A stretch of 64,000 bases of DNA from Adineta vaga (Eukaryota; Animalia; Rotifera): contig CP075497.1 in NCBI GenBank assembly GCA_021613535.1, positions 7,192,001 to 7,256,000 on the forward strand, in the 5' to 3' direction. A model generated the notes under the pieces. It saw only the letters and a program-made list of their open reading frames with translations, was not told the origin of the DNA and searched no databases. The position numbers and the translations under genes were made by a program. Every line of letters begins with the position of its first letter. Within the stretch, counting starts at the first letter, position 1. Shown piece after piece: positions 10,989 to 25,393 of this stretch.

Positions 10989-13196
10989 TTAAGTTAATAC
11001 AACACGTTGTACAAGACCAACAGAACCTGGTGAAGGTGCACCTAAATCATCAAAGATAGTGATTAAATTATTCTTTGGCATTAACCAATCGGATGGAATA
11101 TGATAATATCGTTGTGTTGGTTCCATACAATTGATTTGCGCTTGTTGACAACAACATGGTGTTTTATCTTGACAAAAACCTTGAATTAACCAATAAAGTC
11201 CAAGATCATTACCATTAATAAATGCATGACCACGATTCAAACCTTGAGCATCGAGTAAAACAGGATTAGCATTAGTATCTTCTCTAACGAGATGATCGAG
11301 ATCGAATCTTGCTTGAAACCAAGTTATTGGTTTATTAATACCTTTTGTCCATTGAGTATTCCAATCGACTTTAGATGATCCTGATTCAGTATAAATCTGA
11401 AAATATTCTCCAACTAAACCTTTTTGATGTTCCCAGAGATTGTTTTGATCATTAGCTAATAATTGTCCATCAAGCCAAATATTTCCCACAATTCCTTTAT
11501 ATTCAAAATTATTTTCCTCGACACCATTATCTAATCCAAGTGAAATAGAAAGAATTTCAAATAGATATTGATGATTCGGTTTGAATGTTGAAAGATCGAC
11601 TGCAATAGTTGCTGTTAATCCACCTTTACTATGATCATGATCATCATATTCGCCAAGATATTCACCATTTAAAAAGAATAATAATGCATTAGATCGACGT
11701 GTTTCAACTTGAATTATTGCATGTGCTTGTGCTTGTGTTAGTGTAACATTACGACGATACCATAGATAGATAGTTTCATCATTAGTTATTTTAAGTTGTT
11801 CAATTGGATTTGGTGATGTGAGAACTGGTAAATTAGATTCCGTAGGTTCTGACCATGTTCGCCACTGAAGTGGACCAATAACAACAGGAAAGATTTCTGT
11901 ATTATCACTAGAAATATTACTTGTATTAGCACTATCCCATAATAAATTTAAATTACCATCAAATATACGAACAGAACGACCGGTCATAGAAATATTTTGA
12001 TTGCGAAAGAGTACACCTAATGTGTTATCAAATTGATTACAAACAAAATGAAGTGCTGATGCATAAGAATAAACAAATTGTTGAGTACCAGTTGACCATT
12101 TTGTACCATCCCAATATGGTAATGGTGTACGTGTTGAATAATCACGTAACAATATCTGAGAATAATCAGCAATTAAATGTTGAAGACGACTTAATTGTGT
12201 ATATTTTGGTTCATTAGGTGTACCATCTGCATGAAGTAGAACATCATCTGCATACATTGTTGTAATACCTGAACCTGCTGTTCGTCCATAATTATTGCCA
12301 CCATGCCACATATAATAGGAATGATAAGAACCACCTCCAGCAAACCATTCAGCAACTGAATAAGCAACATCCGTTGTTGTACGAATAGCAACAGCTTGAC
12401 CCCATGGTTGAAACCAACCTTCATTTTCCGTAAATAACATTGGTTTATCTGGATAATCATGCCGATGACGGTCAATCCAACCATCATCTAAACAATTACA
12501 TGAATTACATGTTTCAATAGTTGAATTCGCAGTATGACCATTACACATAATCCATGGGATTTGTGTAAAAGAAAGTTCATTTGTTACTAAACTACCACAC
12601 CAATCTACGTAGGCTTGATCATCACCATTATATTCATTTTCAATTTGAGCAAGAATTATAGGACCACCATTTTTTGCAAGATACGGATTAACATATTCAA
12701 CAATATTCATAACAAATTTCCGCATAGCCGTTTCCCAAGCTTGATTATGTGATCGAAATGACATATTCGGTATTTGATTGAGCCATGCTGGTAAACCACC
12801 ATAATTCCATTCGGCACATACATATGGACCAATGCGTAAATTAACAAATAGACCAGCATCAGCAGCATCTTGAAGAAATTTACTTAAATTAGCTCGACCA
12901 CTGAAATCAAGTACTCCCGGTTTTTGTTCATGAATATTCCAAAAAACATATGTTTGAACAGTATTTAAACCTTGATTTTTCGCCATTTTCATAATATAAG
13001 GCCACATACCAGGTGTTGAACGAGGATAATGAATAGCACCGGCGATGAGCATTGTTCGAGCGCCATTAACTGTAATTGCTCGATTATCATATGAAACTTT
13101 ATAAGGTGTTCCTCGAACATGTTCGTACGTAATAGGACTCGTACATATACCAGAGAAAATGCTAAGACAAGTGTAGAGAAAAATTAATAGATACAT
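10989..13196 (-). CDS. Secreted beta-galactosidase, glycoside hydrolase family 35, plant/protist type, intronless
   Basis: 735 aa ORF with signal peptide; VSYDNRAITVNG, GAIHYPRSTPGMW, LRIGPYVCAEWNYGG, AQIENEY (acid/base Glu), FTENEGWF (nucleophile), YYMWHGGNNYGR and PTQRYYHIP. Confidence 0.95.
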   Translation of the reverse strand: MYLLIFLYTCLSIFSGICTSPITYEHVRGTPYKVSYDNRAITVNGARTMLIAGAIHYPRSTPGMWPYIMKMAKNQGLNTVQTYVFWNIHEQKPGVLDFSGRANLSKFLQDAADAGLFVNLRIGPYVCAEWNYGGLPAWLNQIPNMSFRSHNQAWETAMRKFVMNIVEYVNPYLAKNGGPIILAQIENEYNGDDQAYVDWCGSLVTNELSFTQIPWIMCNGHTANSTIETCNSCNCLDDGWIDRHRHDYPDKPMLFTENEGWFQPWGQAVAIRTTTDVAYSVAEWFAGGGSYHSYYMWHGGNNYGRTAGSGITTMYADDVLLHADGTPNEPKYTQLSRLQHLIADYSQILLRDYSTRTPLPYWDGTKWSTGTQQFVYSYASALHFVCNQFDNTLGVLFRNQNISMTGRSVRIFDGNLNLLWDSANTSNISSDNTEIFPVVIGPLQWRTWSEPTESNLPVLTSPNPIEQLKITNDETIYLWYRRNVTLTQAQAHAIIQVETRRSNALLFFLNGEYLGEYDDHDHSKGGLTATIAVDLSTFKPNHQYLFEILSISLGLDNGVEENNFEYKGIVGNIWLDGQLLANDQNNLWEHQKGLVGEYFQIYTESGSSKVDWNTQWTKGINKPITWFQARFDLDHLVREDTNANPVLLDAQGLNRGHAFINGNDLGLYWLIQGFCQDKTPCCCQQAQINCMEPTQRYYHIPSDWLMPKNNLITIFDDLGAPSPGSVGLVQRVVLT

Positions 13197-14035
13197 ATTA
13201 GTTTCTTTTTAAAATACGTTTCGAAATGATATGTAATCTATATGAATATGTATGCGTTTGATAAATTCTGAAGTTATCTCATTCACCACGTTCTATTTTT
13301 GTTGGAGGTAAGAAATGAAAAAAAGTACAGACGATAACTATATGTTTAACAGTGATCTCGAACTTGATAATGAGAAGAAAAGAAAAAAAAAGAGAGGATG
13401 GATTGTTTGCTGATAATATGTGTGTATTCAAAGTGGCCAATTTGATAGTTAAGATGAAACCCTTTGGAAACAGAGGGCTGTCTATTATTTTTCTTTCGTT
13501 GAATGTTATCAAAATTTTTATCAGATGAAGCACGTCTTAGGTATACATAGTTTTCATAATGAAGCCGATCAAATTTATTATCGCAATATTGAAAACATAT
13601 GAGTAAATTTGCTGAGTCATATTTATTCAAAATGTTGTCTCTATTCGTTGTAGAACAGACAAATAGTAATGTGAATTAATTAAAAAGAGAGAAAAACGCT
13701 CTTTACAATAATTAATAACCTACTGTTAAGATTCGAATATAGATATAAACCAATTAGAAGTTCTTAGTACAATAGTCAATATTTTACTCATTTCATGCCT
13801 ACTAGTTCGATCTTTAATTTACAAGTTTAAGAGTACACAAATGATAATTTATAGAAGAAAAAAAACAACATCTATTTATTTCTTTTTTTGTTTGACTTCA
13901 TGCGTACTTTATATGTGTTTTCACTAACAACCATAATTATCTGACAATTATTAATCATTATAGAGAGAAAGAAAGAGAGAGAGTAAGATATAAAGAAAGA
14001 CAATAGAGATAAGAGAAGGAAAGAAATTGAGATAT

Positions 14036-15633
14036 TCAATCTTTTTTTATCGGTGAACAATCGGCATCGAAAGGAAATGATGGCGATGATAATGATAAGA
14101 TTGGTGAGATCGTTTCTTGTCGAATTAGTCGATGAGACGGACTTGAAATACGATGATCATCCTAATCAATGAATAGAAACAAAAGAATTCTTTGATTTCA
14201 ATTCAATTTTATTTACTTCTGTTTCACTATCACAACGAGGTGGTGATTTAGGTCTTTGAGTACTTGTAATAATATTCGAGACTTGTCTATTTTGTTGTTG
14301 ATCATGAACATCATCATCTTCCGGAAGTAAACTAACATCATCCTCTTCTTCATCTTCAAATAAACGTCGTTTAAGAAAAGAAACATTATTTTGTACAGCA
14401 CTATGTGATAAACGAGATGAATGAGATGATTGATTGGTATTATTGAAACTAGTATCAAGCGAAGTAGTCTGCATTTCAGTACATTGTTCCATCATACAAG
14501 AATCAAAATCAACTGGTGGTCGAGATGGAACTAGAATTAAAAGAAAAAATTTCCATCGTTAATTGTTGCTGGCAATACATGTAAGCAAAGAACTCAAATA
14601 GTACTGAAGATTACTGTCGAAAAATTGATTACTTAATCTTTATAAAAAAAAAGATTATTGTTCTCCAAATTATAATTATGTAATGAAGAGTAGAATACGT
14701 CATTACACACGAGTACTTGGATTTAATTTTTGCGAATGTTGATCCGATATGTATCATTTGTAAGAACGATTACACACGGAGATTTTACTCGCACTTAAAG
14801 TCATATATATGTATATCTGGTTTTTATACACAAAACTTACAATCTCTTTGAAAGATTGATGTCGTTGTTTTAATATCAAAATGAGGAAATGGAGATGTCA
14901 TTGGATGAAGTGTAGATGTTCCAGAGTAAAATCCTTAAATGAAGGATCGAACATAGGTACTTTGTTTTTCAAATCACCTAAGCATATTTACTAACCATAT
15001 CCGTCAACTGTTAGCACTTTTTCTTGTTGATTATTTGGTGCGGCCGGTGTTGGTAGATGAAGTTTACTTGAACAAAACTCACTTGCCGCTCGTTGATAAC
15101 GTTGCATTAAATTTTCATCACTAAAAAATATCATTCATAGATCGATATAGAACATTGGCCGGAAAAAAAATCTACGTACAAAAGAGCAGCATCAATTTGA
15201 ATAAGATTTTCATCTGAAAACTTATTTGGATGAATTTCAGCTAATTGTTCAATAGACCAATCAAAAACAGAAGTTACTGTACTTGTCTAAAAAGGTTTCT
15301 TTTTCAAATGAAAAAGAAAACGAACAATTATTTATTTTAGAAAATATTCATTACTTTGTCATTCTCATCATTCTGTGAAAGTGCACGAAATATACTTGGA
15401 CTAGCAAGACGTTGTTTGAGATGAGCTGATGTTGGAGGATCAAATGGATTATGAACAATACGAAATAGAGGTGGTGTTTGATGGAATTGATAATCTTGTG
15501 AAATAATCATTTTTGTAAGAGGTGTATTATGAACATCTGGAGAAAATCGCCGTGGAAAATTTGTAGAAGAAAAATAATCATCATCTTCATCAAGATCCAT
15601 AGGATGAGCTGGACTTGACATCATGCCGATCAT
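14036..15633 (-). CDS. BORA: Protein aurora borealis (Aurora A/Plk1 activator)
   Basis: About 6 exons. Bora N-terminal motifs in order: NPFD...LASPSIF, FDWSIEQLAEIHP, QRAASEF...LPTP. SP-rich tail ending CSPIKKD*. Confidence 0.8.
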
Positions 15634-16735
15634 TCAAAAATCTATTCAAAATAAAAATGAATTGCTATCAATAGTAGAGTATTTTATTCTTAATCAATTT
15701 CTAATCTTATAACAAATAGTTGTAATTCAAAAATAACTATGATGACTTTGAAAATGATCAAATCCAATTTTCAGATTCATTTCAAGCTCGATTAACTATA
15801 CACAGAATGATTTAGTTTTTGAATTAATTCTTAAATCTAATCAGAAAATGAACTTTGAAACTTGTTCAAAACGAAGAAAAATAAATCAAACAACCGAAAA
15901 AAAACTACAGTAAGAGATAAGAAAAGAAAGGAAGCATTCTATCCACCAATCAAATTCTTTCTTCGATCCTCTCTTCAGAACTTTTTTCATTTATTATTTC
16001 GAATAATTCTAAATCTTGTAAAAACTCCTTCTTTATTCTATTTTCAATTTTTTTTTCTCATATTTATTCTAATTAAATTCATCATTAATATAAATGGAGA
16101 GAGTCAATAAACAAATTGAAAATGGATGAAATGACTCTATCTCTTGAATCACTTCTATTTATTATTATTTCCATTTCCAGTTGTATGTGTACATCATTTC
16201 TAATTCACTCGATAATCTTCTCGTATTCTCTTAAATTCTTTACGGAAGGCCTACATCAATGAAATCTTATCTATGTACTTCTACATGTTAAAACATGACA
16301 TAATGTTTGTCCACGTTCTATTCGTAAACAACATCTCTCGAATATTGTTTCACCATCGTCATATTCGTATCATCAGTTTTTTTACATCTTCTTTCGTTTA
16401 CTTTCAGTTTGAAATTAGCCCTCGAAGTGAAAACGACGTTGACGAAGATCCAATGGAAGAAAAGAATTTGATAAGAATAACGAATTTGCTACCCTTTCTC
16501 TAATGTGACTGTCTTTGATATTTATCTTTTGTCATCAGTTGTTAGTATAGAAGAAGAAGAAAAAGATGCACATTTCGTGTAGTTCGAACATCGATGTAGG
16601 CGTTACTTTTTCTTTTTATGCAAATACTAATTTATAAGTCGATGTGAATACAATCTTTCATAAACTCATCGCAGATCTTTTATACTTCTTTTCAGAATTT
16701 TAAACTTTTAGTACTTCATTCCATTTCATTCAACA

Positions 16736-17407
16736 ATGTCAGCCGTAACAGAAAAATGCCCAGCTTATTCACCGTTTTTTGGTGCTATGGGTGCAACATC
16801 AGCTGTCGTATTTAGTGGTAAGTGGACAATATAATTAATACTATTCTTTTTTTTATTAATTAGCATCTTGTTTTTGTATTTTCTAGCATTAGGTGCCGCT
16901 TATGGTACAGCAAAATCCGGTTGTGGCATATCAGCTATGGCTGTAATGAGACCAGAATTTATTATGAAAAGTGTTATTCCTGTAGTTATGGCCGGTATTA
17001 TTGCTATCTATGGTTTGGTTGTTGCTGTACTTATTGCTAACAACATCACTGGCGACAACTATGGTCTATACAAGTAAGATCAATATTCTTTTTGTTTGCA
17101 TCTATTTCTACTATATTTTTATTCCAGAGCATTCCTTCAGTTGGGTGCCGGTTTATCTGTTGGTTTAAGTGGTTTGGCGGCTGGTTTTGCTGTCGGTATT
17201 GTCGGTGATGCTGGTGTACGTGGAACTGCTCAACAACCACGGTAGATAATCATTGAAAGAAAAATTGTTCTATTGTTATCCGTTGTTCGAAATTTTAGAT
17301 TGTATGTTGGCATGATTTTAATTTTGATTTTCGCTGAAGTACTTGGTCTCTATGGTTTAATCGTAGCCTTAATTATGACCACTAAAAATCAACCTAGTTG
17401 CGATTAA
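16736..17407 (+). CDS. ATP6V0C: V-type H+-ATPase 16 kDa proteolipid subunit c
   Basis: 4 exons; [69 protein letters not shown]. Confidence 0.97.
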
Positions 17408-18719
17408 ATACAAATTCCTGATCATGAATACGCGCATATTTCTTTTCTTCTCTCAACCTTGATTTGTTCTGTTTGTCTATTTATTCTTTGTTGTACGTCT
17501 TGTCTTGAACATTTATCGATCGTTCGTTACCTCTTCGTTCTTTTCTTTTTCTATGTTCACGCGCGCCTAAGAGTATTTTTACAAAACATATATACGAAAA
17601 TGATTCCATTTCTAAACCATTTATATTTATTCCGTTTTATTTTTGATGATATTACAAAAAAAAAACCACACATATACGAAAACAATGTGCAATTTAATCA
17701 TACTGGTGTTGTATTCACATTTAGTTGATTTCTCTTTTTCTTTTCGTCTTTTTCATTATTGTTCTTTCTCATCGGTGTAAGTAGATATAAGTCAGTCAAT
17801 ATGGTGATTGTGTACCATCTTTCCCCTTGATTGTTCAGTGTTATATTATTTTTCAAGAACCTAAACATCACACATCTAAGTGTATCCCAAAAGATTCTTC
17901 GTCGTTATTTAGTCAATTTATAAGAACAAAATTTTATTTATAACCATTCAATTCTGAATAAACATGTCATCAATGATCGATAAAGAGATTCTTGATTAAT
18001 AGAGAAAACAAAAGTATAAATAGAAACTATGAAGTTTATTTAATTTCATTCCAAATCTTAGAGTATATCTAGTGTCTTTTATCTAATTTTACAAAAACGA
18101 AATGGCGAGACGACGGACAAGGACATTGCCTTACTTTTCGTTGAAAGTTTTTTTTCAAGGAGAATTAGTCTACTCAACATATCGTAAAAGCCTGCAATTG
18201 TGATTAGTAAGTGAAAGCTTTTGCATCAACGCTAAAATAACAAAAAATGATTCTTTTCCAGTTGTCAGCGAAAGAATATTAATCATTCAGGGATTTCCCA
18301 TAATGCTTTGTAAAAAATAATCTATTCGTGTTTTATCGAAGTCTTGGTAATTTTCTATGTATTCAATAGGTCTAACTAACTGTGTTAGTCAAAAGTTGAT
18401 GTGTAAGTATATTAGGATGACTTTATTTCAAATAGATCAAATGTATGCAGAGAACAACTTATATTTCGTCATTTGGTTATGTCACGTACGAATGTACACC
18501 CTTTTCTTACTCCTCCTATTTGTTTTCTTTTTTAATTTTTTGATTCATGAATTTCTTCATTGAAAAGAAATGCATTTTCTTTCTATTTCTGTTCGTCTAT
18601 TATGTTTTGGTCGATGAAACTATGGAATTTGTCAAAAGGCGATAGAAGAAAAAAAATGAAAAGAAACAAAGAAAGACTCGTGCAATTGGTAAGATCGTTT
18701 GCATTTCTATTTGTACGTT

Positions 18720-20281
18720 ATGTCTCGTGAAAGTATTTCTGTTTCATCTACACGAAGTAAACATTCCGTACCATCGAAATGTAATCGATCATTGAAGCCT
18801 CTAGAACACGTACCATCGTTACCCGATCAACTTCTTGCTCAATTACTTAAATTTCGTATCGATGGTCAATCAATCAATGCACGAAATGTCGGCGAACTCT
18901 ATCCCGGCTTAGATAGTTTACTTGTTCGATGTTTACGAACAGGTGATTATCGACAATTACATAATCGTTTAAATCGAAATTTAAAACCAGAATATTTATT
19001 AATAACTGGAAAACATATTCATATTAGTGTATGTTCAAGAACACAAGATATTTTAGAGAAATTAATTGAAATGGGAGCTACTGTTGGTAAGTAACTTTTG
19101 TTTATGAAAAATCAAAATTTCTTCGAGTAATCATTATTGAACGATGAATATTTACATTTGTCTGACAAATCTAATATTGAGTACATGATAAAATTAATAT
19201 TTGTGTGATTAGAATAGAAATTGTACTGGGATTCAATGTTCGTTCAAGAGTTCATTCTTCTCAAACATCAGTTTAATTTTAATCTCATCATTTAGATCTT
19301 CATTTCTATGAACCAACTCATAAGGAAGAACTTGAATTAATGTGTAAATATGGTTACAATATCAATGAACGTTTACCCAAATATAATAATCAAACACCGA
19401 TATCATTTTTTATAAATAAAAATTCTTCAATATCGATGTTTGATGTTCTAATCAGAAATGGTGCACGTTTTGATATTCAAGATGATCATGGTCAAACTTG
19501 TCTTCATATTGCTTGTCAATCAGCTATAACTGATCCTGTTTTTGAATTTATCATTAACAATACACCAGATTCATGTTTAAATATTCGAAATCAAATCGGT
19601 AGTACACCTGTTGATCTTATTTATTTATCCACATATGAACAAGCGAGTTTATCGCGAATGCGTCGTTTACATTTATTATTATCTCGAAAAGAAAGTAAAC
19701 TAACTCGATATGGTATGCGTGAACCTAATTTACTTGCTACGAAACAATATAAATTATTCAATATCTTAGCATGTAAAGAATTCTTATTAAAATATCGTCT
19801 TCGAGATATTTTCGAGCCATCAATATGTACATTGACATGGTGTATATTTCTATTCTATGATGTTCTTCGAGCATGTGAGCAACCAAATATTCATTTAAAA
19901 CAACAGACAATTCAACAACGTCTTGATAGTTATTTAATATCTATGATTGAAAATGGAGAAATTTCTTTGAATAAATTAATTTTTCGTCCAAATCGTTGTA
20001 TTGATAATCCATTCTATTTCTTATCATCAACATCCGATGAATTAGATCAACAAAGTTTAATTGAACGACACAATTCCATTTTACACATGGCACAAATCAA
20101 AAATCGATTATGTCAACTACGCACACAAACATTAACTTTAAAAGTTCTCTGTCGAATTAAAATAAAGAATGAAATTCAAACCTATCCAAATGATATTGTA
20201 AAATTAAATTTCATATCCAAAATTCAACAAGCTTATTTAACATTTTATAATCCATTTCTTAAAAGCGATGTAACAAATTGA
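18720..20281 (+). CDS. Ankyrin-repeat and SOCS-box-containing protein (ASB-like)
   Basis: 2 exons; ankyrin-like repeats (DDHGQTCLHIAC, NQIGSTPVDL) and C-terminal SOCS/BC box TLKVLCRIKIK...QQAYL. Confidence 0.75.
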
Positions 20282-20674
20282 ATAAATCCTAATTTTATCA
20301 CTGCTTCTTTATTTCTTTGATTAAATATAATAGATTTGGTTTGAACTTATACAAATATTTTGAATAAAATATAATCACACATAGCTTTTTCAAAATATCA
20401 CGTCGATGTGACTGATTAACTTGAGTATTTATAAGAGTTTATGATTTATTCACACTTTTAGAAAGTACAAAACGGATAGAACTTAGACAGAAATGACTTC
20501 TGTTGTTTCGTAAGGCGAATAGCAGCATAAGGGAGTATTAAGAAGCAGCAGTAAATTTATTTAGTAAAAATAAGAAAAAAAAGACCTTTTCTCTTTCTAT
20601 ATACACGAAATAATAATATTTTGTAAAATGAATAGAAATAAGATCGTTGAGTTTTAATATGCATTATGCTCATC

Positions 20675-21681
20675 TTACTGATTTGCAGGTGGTCGTCGAG
20701 TTTGAATTAATGTTGGTTTGATTAATTTTTGACGAAGAGATTGATTTATATCATCAAGATTATTTTGATCATCGCATGTATGAATAACAATCGATGGTGC
20801 GTTGGAAAGATGTACATTTGAGAATAGTTCATGAGATTGATCTATAAAAACAAGGATTCAATTCTATGAAAATAATATTTTGTTGAAATTTACTTGGTTG
20901 TAGTTGAGCTATAGCAGCAATGAGATTTAAATCAACAATAGGTGGATCTTCAAGTTTTTGTTCCCAACCAACAGGTGGACTAGCAGGTGGAGATATAAGA
21001 AATAGTTTTTCTGGTTCAGGTGGACGTAGATATGTCTCCGAATTAGCTCCACGAAAAACAATTGGCTTAATATAAAACAAAATCAAAATATTCTTTTGAT
21101 AAGAAAAGAAAATTATTGACATACACAAGCAAAATATGTTTTTATAATCGTTCCATAAAATCGATATTCATGAAGATGTAAACGTGCTTGATATGCATTG
21201 TGTGAAGATGTAAATGTAATTCGGACACGTTGAAAAAATTTGAGATAAAGAACAATAATTTGAGGATCATAAACACGAAATAATTGTTCAAATTCATTCT
21301 TTTCAAAAAATGAAATCAATCAAAATAAATATTAAAAACAGACAAACAAACAATCTGTTACTTTTATATTTTGATCAGTAAATAATTGTGGAGGAACTGG
21401 TGTAATAATAAGACTATTCGGTAATGTTGATATATCAAAATCATCGTTTATATCGTGTTTTTGATTAGATTCATGTTGATGATGATGATTATTATTATTA
21501 TTATCGTTGCTGAGAGCATCTGTATCATCACTTATATAATTAATGAAATATTTTGATGCATCTTCATCATCTAATTGAACTGATTTAAGACCATGAGTGA
21601 TTTGATCAAGCTTAATAAAAGTACAAAAAATTGTATTCGATGAGTGATTGAAAAAATTCAACTTACTTTATCATCCGTCAT
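20675..21681 (-). CDS. RCAN: Calcipressin / regulator of calcineurin
   Basis: 5 exons starting MTDDK; RRM-like region (LKFFQRVRITF), signature FLISPPASPPVGW, PxIxIT-like PSIVIH and C-terminal QTRRPP. Confidence 0.93.
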
Positions 21682-22598
21682 GGTGTTGATTATTATGTAT
21701 TTTCTTCTTAGAAAGAATGAATGAATAGATTTGTTTTTTCAATGGTAAAATCAAGTGAATGCTAAGCACCAATAATTATCTATGTTAAAGCGACATCTGA
21801 ATTGATGCGAAAGCAATTGATACATTTCAAATCAGATGTTCACTAAATCTAAACATGTTTTATTGCTATTATTGTGTACCTACAAAAATAATCGTGCTAT
21901 TTTTTTAATGTTTATTAAAAGGATTACTTAGTTAGAAAAATCTTTTATGAACGTGATGATTGAAGTGGATTCTTTTGTGTTTGTACTTTAACGGAAACGA
22001 TAGCGATAAATGAGAAATATAAAGAAAAGTACTTTTTTTTCACTGTTTTTCTGAATAAAAATATTGATGGAACGATTCGAAGATTTTCTTTCTATATGAA
22101 CAAGTGTTTTTTTTTAATGAATTGTATATAAAGTTCTGTCATTGAAAATCTAAAATAATATGTCATCAAGTGAAAAGAACTAAAAAATCATGTTAACAGA
22201 TGATATTTAATATAAATGACATACTCTGATCAATTTATAAACAAAATTCACTTAATTTCACACTTTTACTTATAAATATTTGTTATAAGAGAAAAACAAA
22301 GAAGATGAATTATTTGGTATTCCAAACCGTAGAGTTATTTTTGATAGAAAGAAAGAAAAAAGTGATACAATGAGTAAAAAGTAAGTGAAAATGAAAAGAT
22401 AATTTACTTTGATAGCCCCTAAATGTTGCACGTATTAGATTATTTTAAAAATTTAACAAAAAAATGAAATATAAAGAAATCACAGATGTTTGTTAAAGGG
22501 AAAAGATTATTCAAGCTAAAACATTAATAAATAGATCAGATTGGAATTAGAATGAAAAAAAAAGAAAGAGAATGAAAATGTATTTTTGATTTTTAAAT

Positions 22599-23648
22599 TT
22601 AACGTATAACACCTGGTGATTGCATGTAGGATTGTGGTTGCATTGATGGGGAACCAATGTCAGAAAAAACAGGAGGTTCAGCTTGTGTTTGTTGTACAGA
22701 ACGACTTTTAAAGAATCGTGTTTCTTTAAAGACAAACCAAACACTTCCCATCCAGAGTATAAAATTTAGAAATCCAAACAGAACAGAAACAATGAGATTT
22801 GCATAATTACCAACTATAAGAAATTGAATATAACTTTCAATAAACGATAAATAATAAAACTTACCTGCTCCTTCAGGACATACTGATGATGATGGACAGA
22901 TACCTGAACGTTGACGAATATTATCCGAACCTGTTTGTGAACGAATATTTGTAACACCTTGTGCCCATGCTGAACTTGCAGCAAGCCAAAAAATAGTCCA
23001 CAATAATGTTATAAAAAAATCCAATGTAGGAAAAAGTTCATTATTACGATATTGTTGATTTAAAAAGACATAAGTAAATGTAAATGCTATTGCTAATAAC
23101 ATTGCTGTAACAGAAGTAAATAGGAAAAATTCAGCAGCTGGTTTTGGATCATTTGAAGACGAGATTGTATTGATAGTTGAGCCATTTGATGCAAATACGA
23201 TGTCACTATCACTTAATTTATAAGGATATGACCAAGATGAAGTAATAACATCGCTTTTTCCACCAAAATCAAGCGACATTGAAGAACGACCATTGCATGC
23301 AGTAGCAAAAGCTAATATGGCAAAAATAATTTGAAAAAGACGAATTAAACCACGAGGTTCTAAAACAGAAATCAGAACATTTCTATGCTTATTTCTTATA
23401 TAAATACATAAATTAAGATAAACATCATTTATTGTACTCATTTCTTCGTATGTGATTCACACATTCATAACCTTTCTGTTCTATTCAAAGATAAAAATGT
23501 TTTATATTGACCTCCTCCATCTTTTATATTTTTCTACTAAAGAATTGAATCTTTGATTTCTCTATTTGTGTTGTTCTAATTTACCTTTAAAGATTCCAAA
23601 ATACGATGTCATTGCTTGCACCGAAAGTTTTGATTGAATAGCCTCCAT
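22599..23648 (-). CDS. Synaptophysin-family MARVEL membrane protein
   Basis: ATG at 23648 and a short second exon near 23511-23535. EPRGLIRLFQIIFAILAFATAC, YPY, AAEFF, DFFITLLW...AASSAWAQG, SVLFGFLNFILWMGSVWFVFKET. Confidence 0.88.
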
Positions 23649-25393
23649 TCAGCTAATATTATCGACCAAATAAATATCTAAATAGACAGAAAAGAAACTA
23701 TGATTATCAATGATACTCTCTTAGATTTTCACAAACTACTAATGATATTCATTATCATCTAGTCAAGTAATGGAAAATAAACGATCTTATTTTCTTTTCC
23801 CATTGCTTGTTTATCTATGACATGGATAAAAAGAAAACGAAAAACGTGCTCAATAAGAAATCTAGCAAGAGAGAAGAGAAAGAAAAGTAAACGGGCAATG
23901 TTTCATTTTAGTCCTACCAACTCAATCGATGTAAAAGAAGAAGAAACGAAAATGATTGAATAACAACATAGGTGAGAGAAAGGTTATATTTAACTTTCGA
24001 AAGGAAAGTTGAATTGCTACCTATGTGTATACATGAAACTGATTTGACGATTGATAGATAATTAATGATATTTTGTGTTTTGTTTTTCTTCATATAAAAA
24101 TGAATACATAGAAATCTTCTTTTCGCCTAGAGAAAAACATCTTGTCATTGCTTATAGTTATATTATACATCAGTTAATTAGTTCATTACAAACGGTTGCC
24201 ATTGTCAAAAATCGTATCAGTTACGATTACTCGTCTAAAGTCAATGTAAAATTTGTCGTCTAGAAATCAATAAATGTTTTGTTAAAATATTATCACGATT
24301 AACATCATCTATATTCAATCGATTGATGTCACTACATACTTTTATTATCTTATTGGTACAAAAGATCAATGTTATTTGTATATATAGATATATATATATT
24401 ATATTATATCACATTGATGTTAAATAACAAATCGATGATGAAATGAAAGGTAATTACTCGCACATTGTCTGATCAATCATATTATTCAACATCTATGTAT
24501 TAAACAAGACCATAGTAAGTTAAAAGGAAAGAAATTCGTACAATAACAAAAGACTTTCGAATGATTTAATATTATTTATTTCATTTCCACAATCTTCTTT
24601 TCGAAGATAAAAAAAAAAGATCCTAAGCGTGCGTAATCTGAGTAAATATGAATTTCAATCAAAATGAAAATCCTTATGATGTTTCTCTATCTGACATTTG
24701 CGCTAATATGTTGGATAATGAACTTTAAAATAAATTATATTTCTTCAAGTCATTCTTTGGTGTTTCTTTTTTTGAAAGTCTATAATTCTATATGTCAGAA
24801 TCATTTGATGTTTTATTTTTAATAAATTTTGTTCTTAGATGTTGTCATGTGCATCATATTGACATAATGAAAGATTCATGACTGATTTCGAAACAATGAA
24901 TAGAAGTCTTCTTTCGTTAATATTTTTATTATTAAATTTCGATAGTCATTCGTATGGCTTGAAAGTTATTTGGTTTAATCAATGAAATCAAAGGTAAATC
25001 TTATAACAAACAGCGAAAACACACAATGTTTTCATCGGAAATAAAACATCATGAGACAGGGATCATTTGAGTATGTAAGAGAGTCATATGTCGACTAGTT
25101 GAGTATATTCTCTACGTTAGGAACAATCTATCGAGGCTTTCTTCTGAACATTAGATTAATGAGAAAAGCTTTTGTGTCAAAGAAATAATAAATAGAAAAA
25201 CGTGAGTCATTCAGAGGTGCTCAACATCATGAAAATGTTTGTATTAATCTAATTTAAACAGTTAGACTAGATTTTCAGGTAACTAATGTTAATTACTAAA
25301 TATTTTCAACTCCTCTATTCTCTTACCGATAAATGAATTGTATAAAAAATCTCGCCTCAATTATTTCAATGAAGGCAACAGCTATTTTCGTAC

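Noticed and set aside
12020-12487. Short ORFs overlapping the beta-galactosidase
   Set aside because: Antisense or alternate-frame shadows of a real gene; the same applies to shadow ORFs over HSD17B10, PKA, FUBP and RGK.
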